The translations under genes and the position numbers were made by a program. This document shows positions 21,325-31,432 of a stretch of DNA of 64,000 bases, in pieces. Numbering within the stretch: the stretch's first letter is position 1; each line of letters starts with the position of its first letter. The notes below the pieces were generated by a model. The model made no database searches. It saw only the letters and a program-made list of their open reading frames with translations, and was not told the DNA's origin. The stretch is from Pseudomonadota bacterium (lineage in GTDB: Bacteria > Pseudomonadota > Alphaproteobacteria > Rhodobacterales > Rhodobacteraceae), in assembly GCA_039180875.1 (NCBI GenBank), contig JBCDCY010000001.1, positions 348,045 through 412,044 on the forward strand, given 5' to 3'.

Positions 21325-22044
21325 GTGGTGATGGTGGAGCGGCGCACGCCCGACCGGCCCTGGCGCAATTTCTACGGCCGGCGACATGGCAAAAGGCTGC
21401 GGCCCGGACAGGAGCGGCTGCTGGCCGAGATGCTGCCGCGCCTTGCCCTGCAAGGCGTGAGTTGGGAGGAGAACCCGGCGCGCCGGCCCCTCGACCTGCC
21501 GACGCTCTTCGGCGGCCGGGCGATCTGGCTCGAGATCGGCTTCGGCGGCGGCGAGCATCTGGTGCACCAGGCCCGGGCCAATCCAGAGGTCGCCTTCATC
21601 GGCTGCGAGCCCTTCGTGAACGGCATCGCCATGTGCCTCTCGGCCCTGACCAAGAGCGCGGTGCGCAATGTCCGTCTCCATCCCGGCGACGCCCGCGATC
21701 TGCTGGATGTGCTGCCGGAGGGCGCGGTCAGCCGTCTCTTCCTGCTCTACCCCGATCCCTGGCCAAAGGCGCGCCACCATCGCCGGCGCTTTGTGAATGC
21801 CGAGAACGCCGATCCGCTGGCCCGCATCCTCGCCCCCGGCGCACGCTTCCACGTGGCGACCGACATTCCGGACTATGCCCGCCAGACGCTTGAGGTTCTC
21901 ACCCGTCACCCCGCCTTCGCCTGGACCGCCGAGCGTCCGGCGGACTGGCGGACCCCCTGGGCCAACTGGACCCGCACCCGCTACGAGGCCAAGGCGGTGC
22001 GGGAGGGTCGGACGCCGATCTACCTGACCTTTGCGCGGCGGTGA
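21325..22044 (+). CDS. trmB: tRNA (guanine46-N7)-methyltransferase
   Basis: SAM-binding block WLEIGFGGGEHLV and TrmB C-terminal region; 239 aa. Confidence 0.9.
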   Translation: MVMVERRTPDRPWRNFYGRRHGKRLRPGQERLLAEMLPRLALQGVSWEENPARRPLDLPTLFGGRAIWLEIGFGGGEHLVHQARANPEVAFIGCEPFVNGIAMCLSALTKSAVRNVRLHPGDARDLLDVLPEGAVSRLFLLYPDPWPKARHHRRRFVNAENADPLARILAPGARFHVATDIPDYARQTLEVLTRHPAFAWTAERPADWRTPWANWTRTRYEAKAVREGRTPIYLTFARR

Positions 22045-22149
22045 CGGCAGGCGCGATCTGAAAGGTTTCCTTTCGCGCCAACTGATGCTCTCCTACCGGA
22101 TCGGAACAGCCCGGCGTGGAGAAGCACCCTGCCCAGCCGCGATGCCCCG

Positions 22150-22818
22150 ATGCAGCCCCGCCGCGCTGGCGCGCGCGCCGTCGCCGGTATCGCCGTCTTC
22201 GGCCTGGTGGTCCTGGCCGGCGTCACCCTGGCCTTCTCTTTGGACATCCTGCCCCGCTCCACCGCCGAGTTGGAGGAGCGCTTGGCCCGCCTCGGCCCTT
22301 GGGGTCCGGCCGCGATCATCGGCCTGATGATCGGCCACAGCTTCGTGCCCTTCCCGGCAGAGCTCGTGGCGATTGCCGCCGGCGTGCTCTACGGTCCGCT
22401 CTGGGGCACGGTCTATGTCTGGATCGGCGCGATGCTGGGGGCGGCGCTGGCCTTCGGCCTTGCCAAATGGCTCGGGCGGCCGTTTGCCGAGCGGATCCTG
22501 TCGGCCCGACAGGCGCAAATGCTCGACCGCTGGACCGACGACCAGGGGGCCGTCACGCTCCTGGTGAGCCGCTTCATCCCGGTGATCGCCTTCAACCTGA
22601 TCAACTATGCCGCCGGCCTCACCCGGATCGGCTGGGGCACCTTTCTCTGGACCACCGCCATCGGCATCCTGCCGCTCACGGCGATGATGGTCTGGATGGG
22701 CTCCCGGATGCGCGACCTCTCCTGGCCCTGGCTGATCGTGGTGGCCGCGGTCGGCATCGTGGCGATCGCGATGCTGCACGCGGTGGCGCGCCGGCGCGGC
22801 TGGCTGCCGCCGCGCTAG
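22150..22818 (+). CDS. TVP38/TMEM64 (DedA/SNARE-associated) family membrane protein
   Basis: Multi-TM; DedA-like motif GHSFVPFPAELVAIAAGVLYG. Confidence 0.75.
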   Translation: MQPRRAGARAVAGIAVFGLVVLAGVTLAFSLDILPRSTAELEERLARLGPWGPAAIIGLMIGHSFVPFPAELVAIAAGVLYGPLWGTVYVWIGAMLGAALAFGLAKWLGRPFAERILSARQAQMLDRWTDDQGAVTLLVSRFIPVIAFNLINYAAGLTRIGWGTFLWTTAIGILPLTAMMVWMGSRMRDLSWPWLIVVAAVGIVAIAMLHAVARRRGWLPPR

Positions 22819-22860
22819 ATGTCGGCCGCAGACGCGCCGACGGCGGCGCGTGACCGACGC

Positions 22861-22957
22861 AAAGGATCTCGCATCGGAAATCGCGTTCACGATCAGCATC
22901 TTGCTGAGCGTGAGGAAGCGATTTGCGATTCCGCTTGCCAACGCTTTGCTCTAAGGA
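22861..22957 (+). repeat. structured dispersed repeat, copy A (upstream of aroA)
   Basis: About 80% identical, as reverse complement, to 44183-44279; contains complementary arms cggaaatcgc/gcgatttgcg and cgatcagc/gctga(g)cg. Confidence 0.7.
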
Positions 22958-22983
22958 CGCGGGGCGGTCGGTCGGGACACCGG

Positions 22984-24330
22984 ATGATGGATCAGGCGCG
23001 GCGACAAAGCCTCAGCACGCGGCGGGCGACGGCGCTGCGCGGTGTGGCGCATGTGCCGGGGGACAAGTCGATCTCCCACCGGGCGCTCATCCTCGGGGCC
23101 TTGAGCGTCGGACAGACGCGGATCGAGGGCTTGCTGGAGGGCGAAGACGTCCTCGCCACCGCCGCCGCGATGCGGGCCTTCGGCGCCGACGTGGTGCGCG
23201 CGGGCGACGGCCGCTGGAGCGTCCATGGGGTTGGCGTCGGCGGTTTTGCCGAGCCCGAGGACGTGATCGACTTCGGCAACGCCGGCACCGGGGTGCGCCT
23301 TGCCATGGGCGCCATGGCCACCACCCCGATCAGCGCGACCTTCACCGGCGATGCGAGCCTGCGCGCCCGGCCGATGGGGCGGGTGACGGCCCCGCTCGCG
23401 GAGTTCGGCGCCACCGCCCACGGCCGCGCCGGGGGGCGCCTGCCGCTCACGCTCTTCGGCGCGCGGGATCCGGTGCCGATCCGCTACACCCTGCCCGTCG
23501 CCTCGGCGCAGGTGAAATCCGCCGTCCTGCTCGCCGGTCTCGGCGCCCCGGGGGAGACCGTGGTGATCGAGCCCACCGCCACCCGCGACCATACGGAGCG
23601 GATGCTGCGCGGCTTCGGCGCCGATCTCGAGGTGACGGAGGCGGACGGCAGCCGCACCATCACCCTCATCGGCCAGCCGGAGTTGCAGCCCCAGACGATC
23701 GCCGTGCCGGGCGACCCGTCCTCCGCTGGCTTTCCCGTCGTCGCAGCGCTTCTGGTCGAAGGGTCGGAGATCACGGTCCCGGGCATCTGCCTCAACCCGA
23801 CCCGCACCGGCCTGCTCACCACATTGCGGGAGATGGGGGCGGAGATCGAGGAACACGACCGGCGGCAGGAGGGCGGCGAGGAGGTCGCCGACCTCGTGAT
23901 CCGCCACCGTCCGCTCCGCGGCGTCGAGGTGCCGCCCGCCCGCGCACCCTCGATGATCGACGAGTACCCGATCCTCGCCGCCCTCGCGGCCACGGCGGAG
24001 GGCTGCACCGTGATGCGCGGCATCGGTGAGATGCGGGTGAAGGAATGCGACCGCATCGACGCCATGGCCCGGGGGCTCGAAGCCCTCGGCGTCACGGTGG
24101 AAGAGACGGAGGACAGCCTCACCGTCCACGGCCGCCCCGGCGAGGTGCCGGGCGGCGCCACGGTCGAAAGCCGCCTCGACCACCGGATCGCCATGAGCTT
24201 CCTCTGCCTCGGCCTCGCCACCAAGGCCGCCGTCACCGTCGACGACATCAGCCCCATCGCCACGAGCTTTCCCGACTTCCTGCCGATGCTGGAGGGTCTG
24301 GGCGCGGCGTTCGAGGAGCCGGCTCGATGA
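22984..24330 (+). CDS. aroA: 3-phosphoshikimate 1-carboxyvinyltransferase (EPSP synthase)
   Basis: [23 protein letters not shown] signature; ATG at 22984 preferred over the long N-terminal extension that would read through the repeat. Confidence 0.95.
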   Translation: MMDQARRQSLSTRRATALRGVAHVPGDKSISHRALILGALSVGQTRIEGLLEGEDVLATAAAMRAFGADVVRAGDGRWSVHGVGVGGFAEPEDVIDFGNAGTGVRLAMGAMATTPISATFTGDASLRARPMGRVTAPLAEFGATAHGRAGGRLPLTLFGARDPVPIRYTLPVASAQVKSAVLLAGLGAPGETVVIEPTATRDHTERMLRGFGADLEVTEADGSRTITLIGQPELQPQTIAVPGDPSSAGFPVVAALLVEGSEITVPGICLNPTRTGLLTTLREMGAEIEEHDRRQEGGEEVADLVIRHRPLRGVEVPPARAPSMIDEYPILAALAATAEGCTVMRGIGEMRVKECDRIDAMARGLEALGVTVEETEDSLTVHGRPGEVPGGATVESRLDHRIAMSFLCLGLATKAAVTVDDISPIATSFPDFLPMLEGLGAAFEEPAR

Positions 24331-24734
24331 GCGCGCTAAGCGGAAGCTGTCTCTGCGGCGCCGTGCGCTACCGGGTCGACGGCCCGCTCCGCGACGTCAT
24401 CGCCTGCCATTGCCAGCAGTGCCGCAAGACCTCCGGCCACCACGTCGCCGCAACCTCCGCCCTCCGCACCGACATCACGGTCGAGGGGCAGATCACCTGG
24501 TACCGCTCAAGCGCGGATGCGAAGCGCGGCTTCTGCGGCGTATGCGGCTCTAACCTCTTCTGGCACCACGCGGAGAGTGAGCGGCTGTCGATCTTCGCCG
24601 GCACCTTCGACGACGATCCGGGGGTGCGGCTGGCGGGCCATATCTTCACGGCCGACAAGGGCGCCTATTACCAGATCGCCGACGATCTGCCGTCGGCCCC
24701 CGGCGCCGATCCGGCGCTGACGACCCAGCGTTAG
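24327..24734 (+). CDS. GFA-family (glutathione-dependent formaldehyde-activating / CENP-V-like) zinc protein
   Basis: Cys motifs CLCGAVRY...CHCQQCRK...CGVCGSNL characteristic of GFA domain; start overlaps aroA stop (ATGA). Confidence 0.8.
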   Translation: MSALSGSCLCGAVRYRVDGPLRDVIACHCQQCRKTSGHHVAATSALRTDITVEGQITWYRSSADAKRGFCGVCGSNLFWHHAESERLSIFAGTFDDDPGVRLAGHIFTADKGAYYQIADDLPSAPGADPALTTQR

Positions 24735-24738
24735 GCGC

Positions 24739-25377
24739 GTGGCGGGGCGGTCCTTCACCGTGGCCATCGACGGCCCTGCCGCCTCGGGCAAGGGCACGAT
24801 CGCCCGGGCGCTGGCCGCGCGCTTCGACCTCGCCCATCTCGACACCGGGCTGCTCTACCGCGCGGTCGGGCAGCAGATGCTCGCCCAGGGCGGGCCCATC
24901 GCGCCCGAAGCGGCGGCAGAGGTCGCGGCCACCCTCGACGCCGCGCGCCTCGACCGGGCGGAGCTGCGGGGGGCCGAGGTGGCCGAGGCCGCCTCCGTCG
25001 TCGCGGCCATGCCGGCGGTCCGCGAGGCTCTCCTCACCCTGCAGCGCCGCTTCGCCCGACGAGCCGGGGGCGCGGTGTTGGACGGCCGCGACATCGGCAC
25101 GGTCATCTGCCCGGAGGCGGAGGTGAAGATCTTCGTCACCGCCAGCCTGCCGGTCCGCGCCGCCCGCCGCCATGCCGAGCTGCAGGCCACCGGCCGCGCC
25201 ATGGCGCTCGACGCCGTCAGCCGGGACCTTGCCGCCCGCGATGCGCGCGATAGCGCCCGCGCGGATGCGCCGCTTCGCCAGGCAGGCGATGCGCTCTTGC
25301 TCGACACAACCGAATTGTCTATAGACGCCGCGGTCGAAGAAGCGGCAGCAGCCGTCAGCGACAAGATACCAGGGTGA
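24739..25377 (+). CDS. cmk: cytidylate kinase
   Basis: P-loop [12 protein letters not shown]; conserved aroA-cmk-rpsA synteny; GTG start. Confidence 0.9.
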   Translation: MAGRSFTVAIDGPAASGKGTIARALAARFDLAHLDTGLLYRAVGQQMLAQGGPIAPEAAAEVAATLDAARLDRAELRGAEVAEAASVVAAMPAVREALLTLQRRFARRAGGAVLDGRDIGTVICPEAEVKIFVTASLPVRAARRHAELQATGRAMALDAVSRDLAARDARDSARADAPLRQAGDALLLDTTELSIDAAVEEAAAAVSDKIPG

Positions 25378-25485
25378 GCGAGCAGGGCCGGGTAGCGATG
25401 CCGGCCCTTTTGCGTTCGCCCCCCTGCCCAGCACAGACCGGCGGAGACAACCGCGCGGCCCGAAACACATAGGAGACGGACCTGA

Positions 25486-27171
25486 ATGCCCGCGACGGCA
25501 AGTATCGACGAATTTGAAGCGCTCCTGAACGAAAGCCTGGAGCTGAAAACCCCCGAAGAAGGCACGGTCGTCAAAGGCGACGTGCTGGCCGTCGAAGGCG
25601 GCCATGCGGTGATCGACATCGGCTACAAGATGGAAGGCCGCGTCGATCTGAAGGAATTCCAGAAATACGGCGAGGACCAGGAGCTGGCGCCCGGTGACTC
25701 GGTCGAGGTCTACCTCGAGCGGGTGGAAAACGCCCGGGGCGAGGCGGTCATCAGCCGCGACAAGGCCCGCCGGGAAGAGGCGTGGGATCGCCTCGAGAAG
25801 GCCTATGAGGGCGACGGCCGGGTCGAAGGCCACATCTTCAACCGGGTGAAGGGCGGCTTCACCGTCGATCTCGGCGGCGCCGTGGCGTTCCTGCCGGGCT
25901 CCCAGGTCGATGTGCGCCCGGTGCGCGACGCGACGCCGCTGATGCACATCCCCCAGCCCTTCCAGATCCTCAAGATGGACCGGCGCCGGGGCAACATCGT
26001 CGTCTCCCGCCGCGCGGTGCTTGAGGAGAGCCGGGCCGAGCAGCGCGCCGAGATCGTCGCCAAGCTCAAGGAAGGCGACACCGTCGACGGCGTGGTCAAG
26101 AACATCACCGAATACGGCGCCTTCGTCGATCTGGGCGGTGTGGACGGCCTGCTGCACGTCACCGACATGGCCTGGCGCCGGGTCAATCATCCGTCGGAGA
26201 TCCTGTCGATCGGCGAGACCGTGAAGGTCCAGGTCGTCAAGATCAACAAGGAGACGCAGCGCATCAGCCTCGGCATGAAGCAGCTGCAGGCCGATCCGTG
26301 GGATGGGGTCGAGGGCAAGTACCCGATCGGCGCCGTCTTCACCGGGCGCGTCACCAACATCACCGACTACGGTGCCTTCGTCGAGCTCGAGGCCGGGGTC
26401 GAGGGCCTGGTCCACGTCTCCGAGATGAGCTGGACCAAGAAGAACGTACATCCGGGCAAGATCGTCTCCACCTCCCAGGAGGTCGAGGTGATGGTGCTGG
26501 AGATCGACACGGTGAAGCGTCGCGTCTCGCTTGGCCTCAAGCAGACCATGCGCAATCCGTGGGAGCTCTTCGCCGAGGCCTTCCCGGTCGGCTCCGAGGT
26601 CGAAGGCGAGGTGAAGAACATCACCGAGTTCGGCCTGTTCGTCGGGCTGGAGCACGACATCGACGGCATGGTCCACCTCTCCGATCTCGACTGGGATCGG
26701 TCGGGCGAGGATGCGATCCGCGACTACAAGAAGGGCGATCTGGTCCAGGCGGTAGTCACCGACGTGGACGTGGACAAGGAGCGGATCTCGCTCTCGATCA
26801 AGGCGCTCGGCGGCGATCCGTTCGTCGACAGCGTCTCCGACCTCAAGCGCGGTGCGATCGTCACGGTGGCGGTCACGGCGGTCGAGGACGGCGGGATCGA
26901 GGTGGAGTACAACGGCATGAAGTCGTTCATCCGCCGCTCCGACCTCAGCCGCGACCGCTCCGAGCAGCGGCCGGAGCGTTTTTCGGTCGGGGACAAGGTC
27001 GACGCCCGCGTCACCAACATCGACAAGGCGACGCGCCGGCTCGGCCTCTCGATCAAGGCTCGCGAGATCGCTGAGGAGAAGGAGGCCGTGGCGCAATACG
27101 GCTCCTCCGACAGCGGCGCCTCGCTCGGCGACATCCTTGGGGCAGCGCTGAAGAACCAAGAAAAATCGTGA
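25486..27171 (+). CDS. rpsA: 30S ribosomal protein S1
   Basis: Six S1 repeats; 561 aa. Confidence 0.95.
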   Translation: MPATASIDEFEALLNESLELKTPEEGTVVKGDVLAVEGGHAVIDIGYKMEGRVDLKEFQKYGEDQELAPGDSVEVYLERVENARGEAVISRDKARREEAWDRLEKAYEGDGRVEGHIFNRVKGGFTVDLGGAVAFLPGSQVDVRPVRDATPLMHIPQPFQILKMDRRRGNIVVSRRAVLEESRAEQRAEIVAKLKEGDTVDGVVKNITEYGAFVDLGGVDGLLHVTDMAWRRVNHPSEILSIGETVKVQVVKINKETQRISLGMKQLQADPWDGVEGKYPIGAVFTGRVTNITDYGAFVELEAGVEGLVHVSEMSWTKKNVHPGKIVSTSQEVEVMVLEIDTVKRRVSLGLKQTMRNPWELFAEAFPVGSEVEGEVKNITEFGLFVGLEHDIDGMVHLSDLDWDRSGEDAIRDYKKGDLVQAVVTDVDVDKERISLSIKALGGDPFVDSVSDLKRGAIVTVAVTAVEDGGIEVEYNGMKSFIRRSDLSRDRSEQRPERFSVGDKVDARVTNIDKATRRLGLSIKAREIAEEKEAVAQYGSSDSGASLGDILGAALKNQEKS

Positions 27172-28073
27172 GCCTTGAGCGCGATTTCTACGAGGAGCGG
27201 CGCCGACGCTGGCGCCGCTCCGCCTTTTGGCGTGGGGTGCTCGTCACCCTCGCCGTTCTGATCGGCCTCGGCGTGCTGGGTGCCGTCTTGGGCCGCGATG
27301 CCCAGCGCGGGCCGCACATCGCGCGGATCACCGTCACCGGCACGATCACCGACAATCCGGCCCGGGCGAAGCTGTTGGCCGAGGTGGCGCGCGACGCCAA
27401 CGCGCGGGCCGTGATCGTGCGCATCAACAGCCCCGGCGGCACCGTCGCGGGGTCGGAGGCGCTCTACACCAACCTCCGCGCCATCGCCGAGCAAAAGCCG
27501 CTGGTCGCCACGATGGGAGAGGTCGCGGCCTCCGGCGGCTATATCGCGGCGCTCGCGGCCGATCATGTGGTGGCGCGGGGCGGCACCATGACCGGCTCGA
27601 TCGGCGTGATCGTCGAATACCCCCAGGTGGCGGAGCTGCTGGATGATGTCGGCGTCGAGATCGTCACCATCCGCTCCTCCGACATCAAGGGCGGGCCGTC
27701 GCCCTTCCGCGACCTCGACCCGGCCCAACGGGCCGAGATCGAGCGGCTGATCGCCGACAGCAACGGCTGGTTCCGCGACCTGGTGGCCGACCGCCGCGGC
27801 CTGAGCGGCGCGGCGCTGGAGCAGGTGGCGACCGGCGGCGTCTTCACCGGCCGCATGGCCATCGACAGCGACCTGATCGACGCCATCGGCGGAGAGCAGG
27901 AGGCCCGCGCCTGGCTGACCGAACAGGATGCCGGGCTGGCCGACCTCCGGGTCCGCGACCGTAAAGTACCGCGCGAGGATCGCGGGCTGCTCCGCGAACT
28001 CTTGGGCTCGGAGACGCTGGACGCCGTGCTCGACCCGCAATGGACGCGCCGGCTGCTCGCCGTCTATCGCTAG
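27168..28073 (+). CDS. sppA: signal peptide peptidase SppA (S49 family, 36K type)
   Basis: N-terminal TM plus S49 catalytic region INSPGGTVAGSEALY...ASGGYIAALAADHV. Confidence 0.85.
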   Translation: MSLERDFYEERRRRWRRSAFWRGVLVTLAVLIGLGVLGAVLGRDAQRGPHIARITVTGTITDNPARAKLLAEVARDANARAVIVRINSPGGTVAGSEALYTNLRAIAEQKPLVATMGEVAASGGYIAALAADHVVARGGTMTGSIGVIVEYPQVAELLDDVGVEIVTIRSSDIKGGPSPFRDLDPAQRAEIERLIADSNGWFRDLVADRRGLSGAALEQVATGGVFTGRMAIDSDLIDAIGGEQEARAWLTEQDAGLADLRVRDRKVPREDRGLLRELLGSETLDAVLDPQWTRRLLAVYR

Positions 28074-28164
28074 GGCCCGCATTGACGCATCCAACGCCCC
28101 ATGCAACAGTTTCCTCGGGCTCGGTTTTGCCGGGCAAGTGGGTGTCGGGTAAGCGGATTTTCGG

Positions 28165-28449
28165 ATGATAAAATCGGAATTGATCCAAAAGATCGCCGAG
28201 GAAAATCCTCACCTCTACCAGCGTGATGTGGAACGCATCGTCTCCACGATCTTCGAAGAAATCACCCAGGCCCTGGCGAGCGGCAACCGGGTGGAGCTGC
28301 GCGGCTTCGGTGCGTTCTCCGTGAAAACCCGGGGGGAGCGGATGGGCCGCAACCCGCGGACCGGCGCACCCGTCCACGTCGACAAGAAGCACGTGCCGTT
28401 CTTCAAGACCGGCAAGCTGCTGCGCGACCGCCTGAACACCGACCCGTAA
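28165..28449 (+). CDS. ihfB: integration host factor beta subunit
   Basis: [12 protein letters not shown]...RGFGAFSV...GRNPRTG HU/IHF fold; follows rpsA as in most Proteobacteria. Confidence 0.9.
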   Translation: MIKSELIQKIAEENPHLYQRDVERIVSTIFEEITQALASGNRVELRGFGAFSVKTRGERMGRNPRTGAPVHVDKKHVPFFKTGKLLRDRLNTDP

Positions 28450-28485
28450 GCGACCTGCCCGAGATCCAGTCCGGACGTCTGATCC

Positions 28486-28821
28486 ATGCGCTATCTCCGC
28501 TACGCCCTGCTTGCCATCTTGCTGATCGTCATCGTCTCGCTGTCGCTGGCCAACAGCGCGAGCGTCACGCTGAAGCTGATGCCGCCGGGCTTCGACTTCA
28601 TCTACCAGGCGGAGGTCACCCTGCCGCTCTTCTTCGTGATCATCGGCGCGGTGGTCATCGGCTTCATCTGCGGGGAGCTTCTGGAATACGTGCGGGAGCG
28701 CAAGATCCGCCGCGTCTCCTCCCAACGCCGGCGCGAGGTGATGCGCCTGGAGCGGGAAAACCAGGAATTGAAGAAGAAGACGGGCGAGGGGGAGGACGAC
28801 GTCCTGGCCCTGCTGAACTGA
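28486..28821 (+). CDS. lapA: lipopolysaccharide assembly protein LapA (DUF1049)
   Basis: Two N-terminal TM helices and a basic coiled C-terminus; conserved position after ihfB. Confidence 0.7.
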   Translation: MRYLRYALLAILLIVIVSLSLANSASVTLKLMPPGFDFIYQAEVTLPLFFVIIGAVVIGFICGELLEYVRERKIRRVSSQRRREVMRLERENQELKKKTGEGEDDVLALLN

Positions 28822-28854
28822 GGCGCTGCCCTGGCCCAGGTCAAAATCTGCGGA

Positions 28855-29469
28855 GTGACGACGCCGGAGGCCATCGAGAGCGCGGTGTCGGCCGGCGCGG
28901 CCTGGCTCGGCTTCGTCTTCTTCGCGAAATCACCCCGGCATCTGACGATGGAGGCGGCGCGCACGCTCGCCGCCCAGGTGCCCGACGGCGTCGGCCGGGT
29001 GGCGCTCACGGTGGATGCGGAGGACACATTGCTCGACGCAGTCGAGGCGGCGATCGCGCCGACCCTCTGGCAACTGCATGGGCATGAGACCCCGGCGCGC
29101 GTCGCCGCGGTCCGGGAGGCGCGCGGCACGCCTGTGATGAAGTCGATCGGCATCGGCGCGGAGGCGGATCTGGCCCGCATCGCCGACTATGCCACCGTCG
29201 CCGACCGCCTGCTGATCGACGCTAAGCCCGCACCGGGGGCCGACCTGCCCGGCGGCAACGGCCTCACCTTCGACTGGCGGCTGATCGCCGGGCGTGACTG
29301 GCCCCGCCCCTGGATGCTGGCCGGCGGTCTGACGGCGGAGACGGTGGCGACCGCGGTCGAGCTCACCGGGGCGGCGAGCGTCGACGTCTCCTCCGGCGTC
29401 GAGGCGGCGCCCGGGCGAAAGGATCCAGCCAGGATCCGGGCCTTCATCGCCGCCGCCCACGCGGCCTGA
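28855..29469 (+). CDS. trpF: phosphoribosylanthranilate isomerase
   Basis: [12 protein letters not shown]...[10 protein letters not shown] TrpF N-terminus; the true start is probably upstream of the GTG at 28855 (in-frame LAQVKICG), start codon uncertain. Confidence 0.8.
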   Translation: MTTPEAIESAVSAGAAWLGFVFFAKSPRHLTMEAARTLAAQVPDGVGRVALTVDAEDTLLDAVEAAIAPTLWQLHGHETPARVAAVREARGTPVMKSIGIGAEADLARIADYATVADRLLIDAKPAPGADLPGGNGLTFDWRLIAGRDWPRPWMLAGGLTAETVATAVELTGAASVDVSSGVEAAPGRKDPARIRAFIAAAHAA

Positions 29470-29524
29470 GGTCCCCTCGACCCCTCCGCCCGCCCTCGCT
29501 ACAAGACGCGGGACACAGGGGGCT

Positions 29525-30748
29525 ATGATGGACGATCTTCCGCGCAACTCCTTCCGCGCCGGGCCGGATGCGAACGGCCGCTTCGGCGATTTCGGCGGCC
29601 GCTTCGTCTCTGAGACATTGATGCCGCTGATCCTGGAGCTCGAGGCCCAGTACCGCCACGCCAAGGACGATCCGACCTTCTGGGACGAGATGAACGACCT
29701 CTGGGCGTACTATGTCGGCCGCCCCTCGCCGCTCTACTTCGCGGAGCGGCTGACGCAGCATTTTGGCGGCGCCAAGATCTACCTGAAGCGCGACGAGCTG
29801 AACCACACCGGCGCCCACAAGATCAACAACGTGATGGGCCAGATCCTGCTTGCCCGGCGCATGGGCAAGACCCGGATCATCGCCGAGACGGGCGCCGGCC
29901 AGCACGGGGTGGCCACCGCCACGGTCTGCGCCCGCTTCGGGCTGAAGTGCATCGTCTTCATGGGCGCGACGGACGTGGAGCGGCAGAAGCCCAACGTCTT
30001 CCGCATGATGCTCCTAGGGGCAGAGGTCGTGCCCGTCACCTCCGGCCGCGCCACGCTGAAGGACGCGATGAACGAGGCGCTGCGCGACTGGGTGACCAAC
30101 GTCGCCGACACGTTCTACTGCATTGGCACGGTGGCAGGGCCGCATCCCTACCCAGCGATGGTGCGCGATTTCCAGTCGATCATCGGGCGCGAAACGCGCG
30201 AGCAGATGGAGGCAGCGGAGGGGCGGCTGCCCGACACGCTCGTCGCCTGCATCGGCGGCGGCTCGAACGCCATGGGCCTCTTCCATCCCTTCCTCGACGA
30301 TGAGGAGGTGCGGATCGTCGGCGTGGAGGCCGGCGGCCACGGCGTCGACGACAAGATGGAGCATGCGGCCTCGCTCACCGGCGGCCGGCCGGGGGTGCTG
30401 CACGGCAACCGCACCTATCTGCTGCAGGACGCAGACGGCCAGATCATCGAGGGCCACTCGATCTCCGCCGGCCTCGACTATCCCGGCATCGGGCCGGAGC
30501 ATGCCTGGCTGCACGAGGCGGGGCGGGTCGAATATGTCAGCGTGACGGATCAGGAGGCGCTCGAGGCTTTCCAGCTCTCCTGCCGGACGGAGGGGATCAT
30601 CCCCGCGCTGGAACCGGCTCACGCCCTCGCCCATGTGGCCAAGATCGCGCCGGACCTGCCGGCCGACCACCTGTTGGTGATGAACATGTGCGGCCGGGGC
30701 GACAAGGACATCTTCACCGTGGCCGAGGCGCTCGGCACCGAGATGTGA
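29525..30748 (+). CDS. trpB: tryptophan synthase beta chain
   Basis: PLP-lysine block HTGAHKINN and full TrpB signature; 407 aa. Confidence 0.95.
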   Translation: MMDDLPRNSFRAGPDANGRFGDFGGRFVSETLMPLILELEAQYRHAKDDPTFWDEMNDLWAYYVGRPSPLYFAERLTQHFGGAKIYLKRDELNHTGAHKINNVMGQILLARRMGKTRIIAETGAGQHGVATATVCARFGLKCIVFMGATDVERQKPNVFRMMLLGAEVVPVTSGRATLKDAMNEALRDWVTNVADTFYCIGTVAGPHPYPAMVRDFQSIIGRETREQMEAAEGRLPDTLVACIGGGSNAMGLFHPFLDDEEVRIVGVEAGGHGVDDKMEHAASLTGGRPGVLHGNRTYLLQDADGQIIEGHSISAGLDYPGIGPEHAWLHEAGRVEYVSVTDQEALEAFQLSCRTEGIIPALEPAHALAHVAKIAPDLPADHLLVMNMCGRGDKDIFTVAEALGTEM

Positions 30749-30948
30749 CACCCCCTGTGGCCGCCAAGCCACACCCCCTCCAAGTTGCGACATTCTGTCA
30801 GAAACCGCTTGGTCCGAATCGTAGGCCCGACCTAGAAGGCGCGTCCCGTTCGCAAGCGGACGCATCCTAGCGGTCGGAGCTTCGGTCTCCGCCGGTGCGG
30901 TGGGCTGTGCCTTCCCGCATGCCAGGGGCAAACGCGACCGGACGGGAT

Positions 30949-31024
30949 GGGTATGTAGCTCAGTTTGGGAGAGCGCCGGGCATGGACCCGGAGGTCATCG
31001 GTTCGACTCCGGTCATATCCACCA
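30949..31024 (+). tRNA. tRNA-like sequence with full cloverleaf and CCA but only a 6-nt anticodon loop (CATGGA); isotype undetermined
   Basis: Acceptor GGGTATG/CATATCC, D-arm GCTCAGTTTGGGAGAGC, T-arm ATCGG-TTCGACT-CCGGT, encoded ACCA end; anticodon stem CCGGG/CCCGG encloses 6 nt, not 7. Confidence 0.45.
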
Positions 31025-31025
31025 C

Positions 31026-31100
31026 GACGTAGCTCAGGCTGGGTAGAGCAGCGGACATTGGATCCGTCGGTCGAGGGTTCGATTCCCTCCGTCCTACAAG
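31026..31100 (+). pseudogene. second tRNA-like sequence, degenerate (mismatched acceptor stem, no CCA)
   Basis: D-arm GCTCAGGCTGGGTAGAGC, anticodon arm GCGGA-CATTGGA-TCCGT, T-arm GAGGG-TTCGATT-CCCTC; 5' acceptor CACGACG pairs only 5/7 with CGTCCTA; overlaps the CCA end of the preceding tRNA-like sequence. Confidence 0.3.
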
Positions 31101-31432
31101 ACGCCACGTTTGTGTCGTGGAGACGAGAATGGGGTCCCGGGATCGGCTTGCGCGGCCGGTTCGGAGCGGGCGGTCGGGCTTCGGCCCGGCTGCGCCGTGA
31201 GGGATCGGTCGCGCCCGGGCCGTCGGCCGCTCGCGCGGATGATGGGCTAAGCCCCGTCGGGTCAGGCGACGGCACCCTGGTGTCCGAGCCCCGCCCGCCG
31301 GGCCGTAGCTCCGCTCGCCGCCGATCCGCCGCGCGGTCCGGCCCGCCGGTCCCGGGGCTCATCCCTGCGCCTTCGGGCGCGATGCTAGCGAAGGAGCGTT
31401 TCGGGCAGCAGCCCAAGGCGAGAGGAGGGTAG

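Noticed and set aside
22951-24183. 410-aa minus-strand ORF opposite aroA
   Set aside because: aroA is unambiguous; the antisense frame is a shadow ORF
24646-27159. 837-aa minus-strand ORF opposite cmk-rpsA
   Set aside because: Opposite two highly conserved genes; the translation is low-complexity
30949-31100. Possibility that the tRNA-like pair is a permuted two-piece tmRNA (ssrA), as in Alphaproteobacteria
   Set aside because: Both units have full D-arms and anticodon arms, which tmRNA lacks, and there is no tag-peptide reading frame or pseudoknot region
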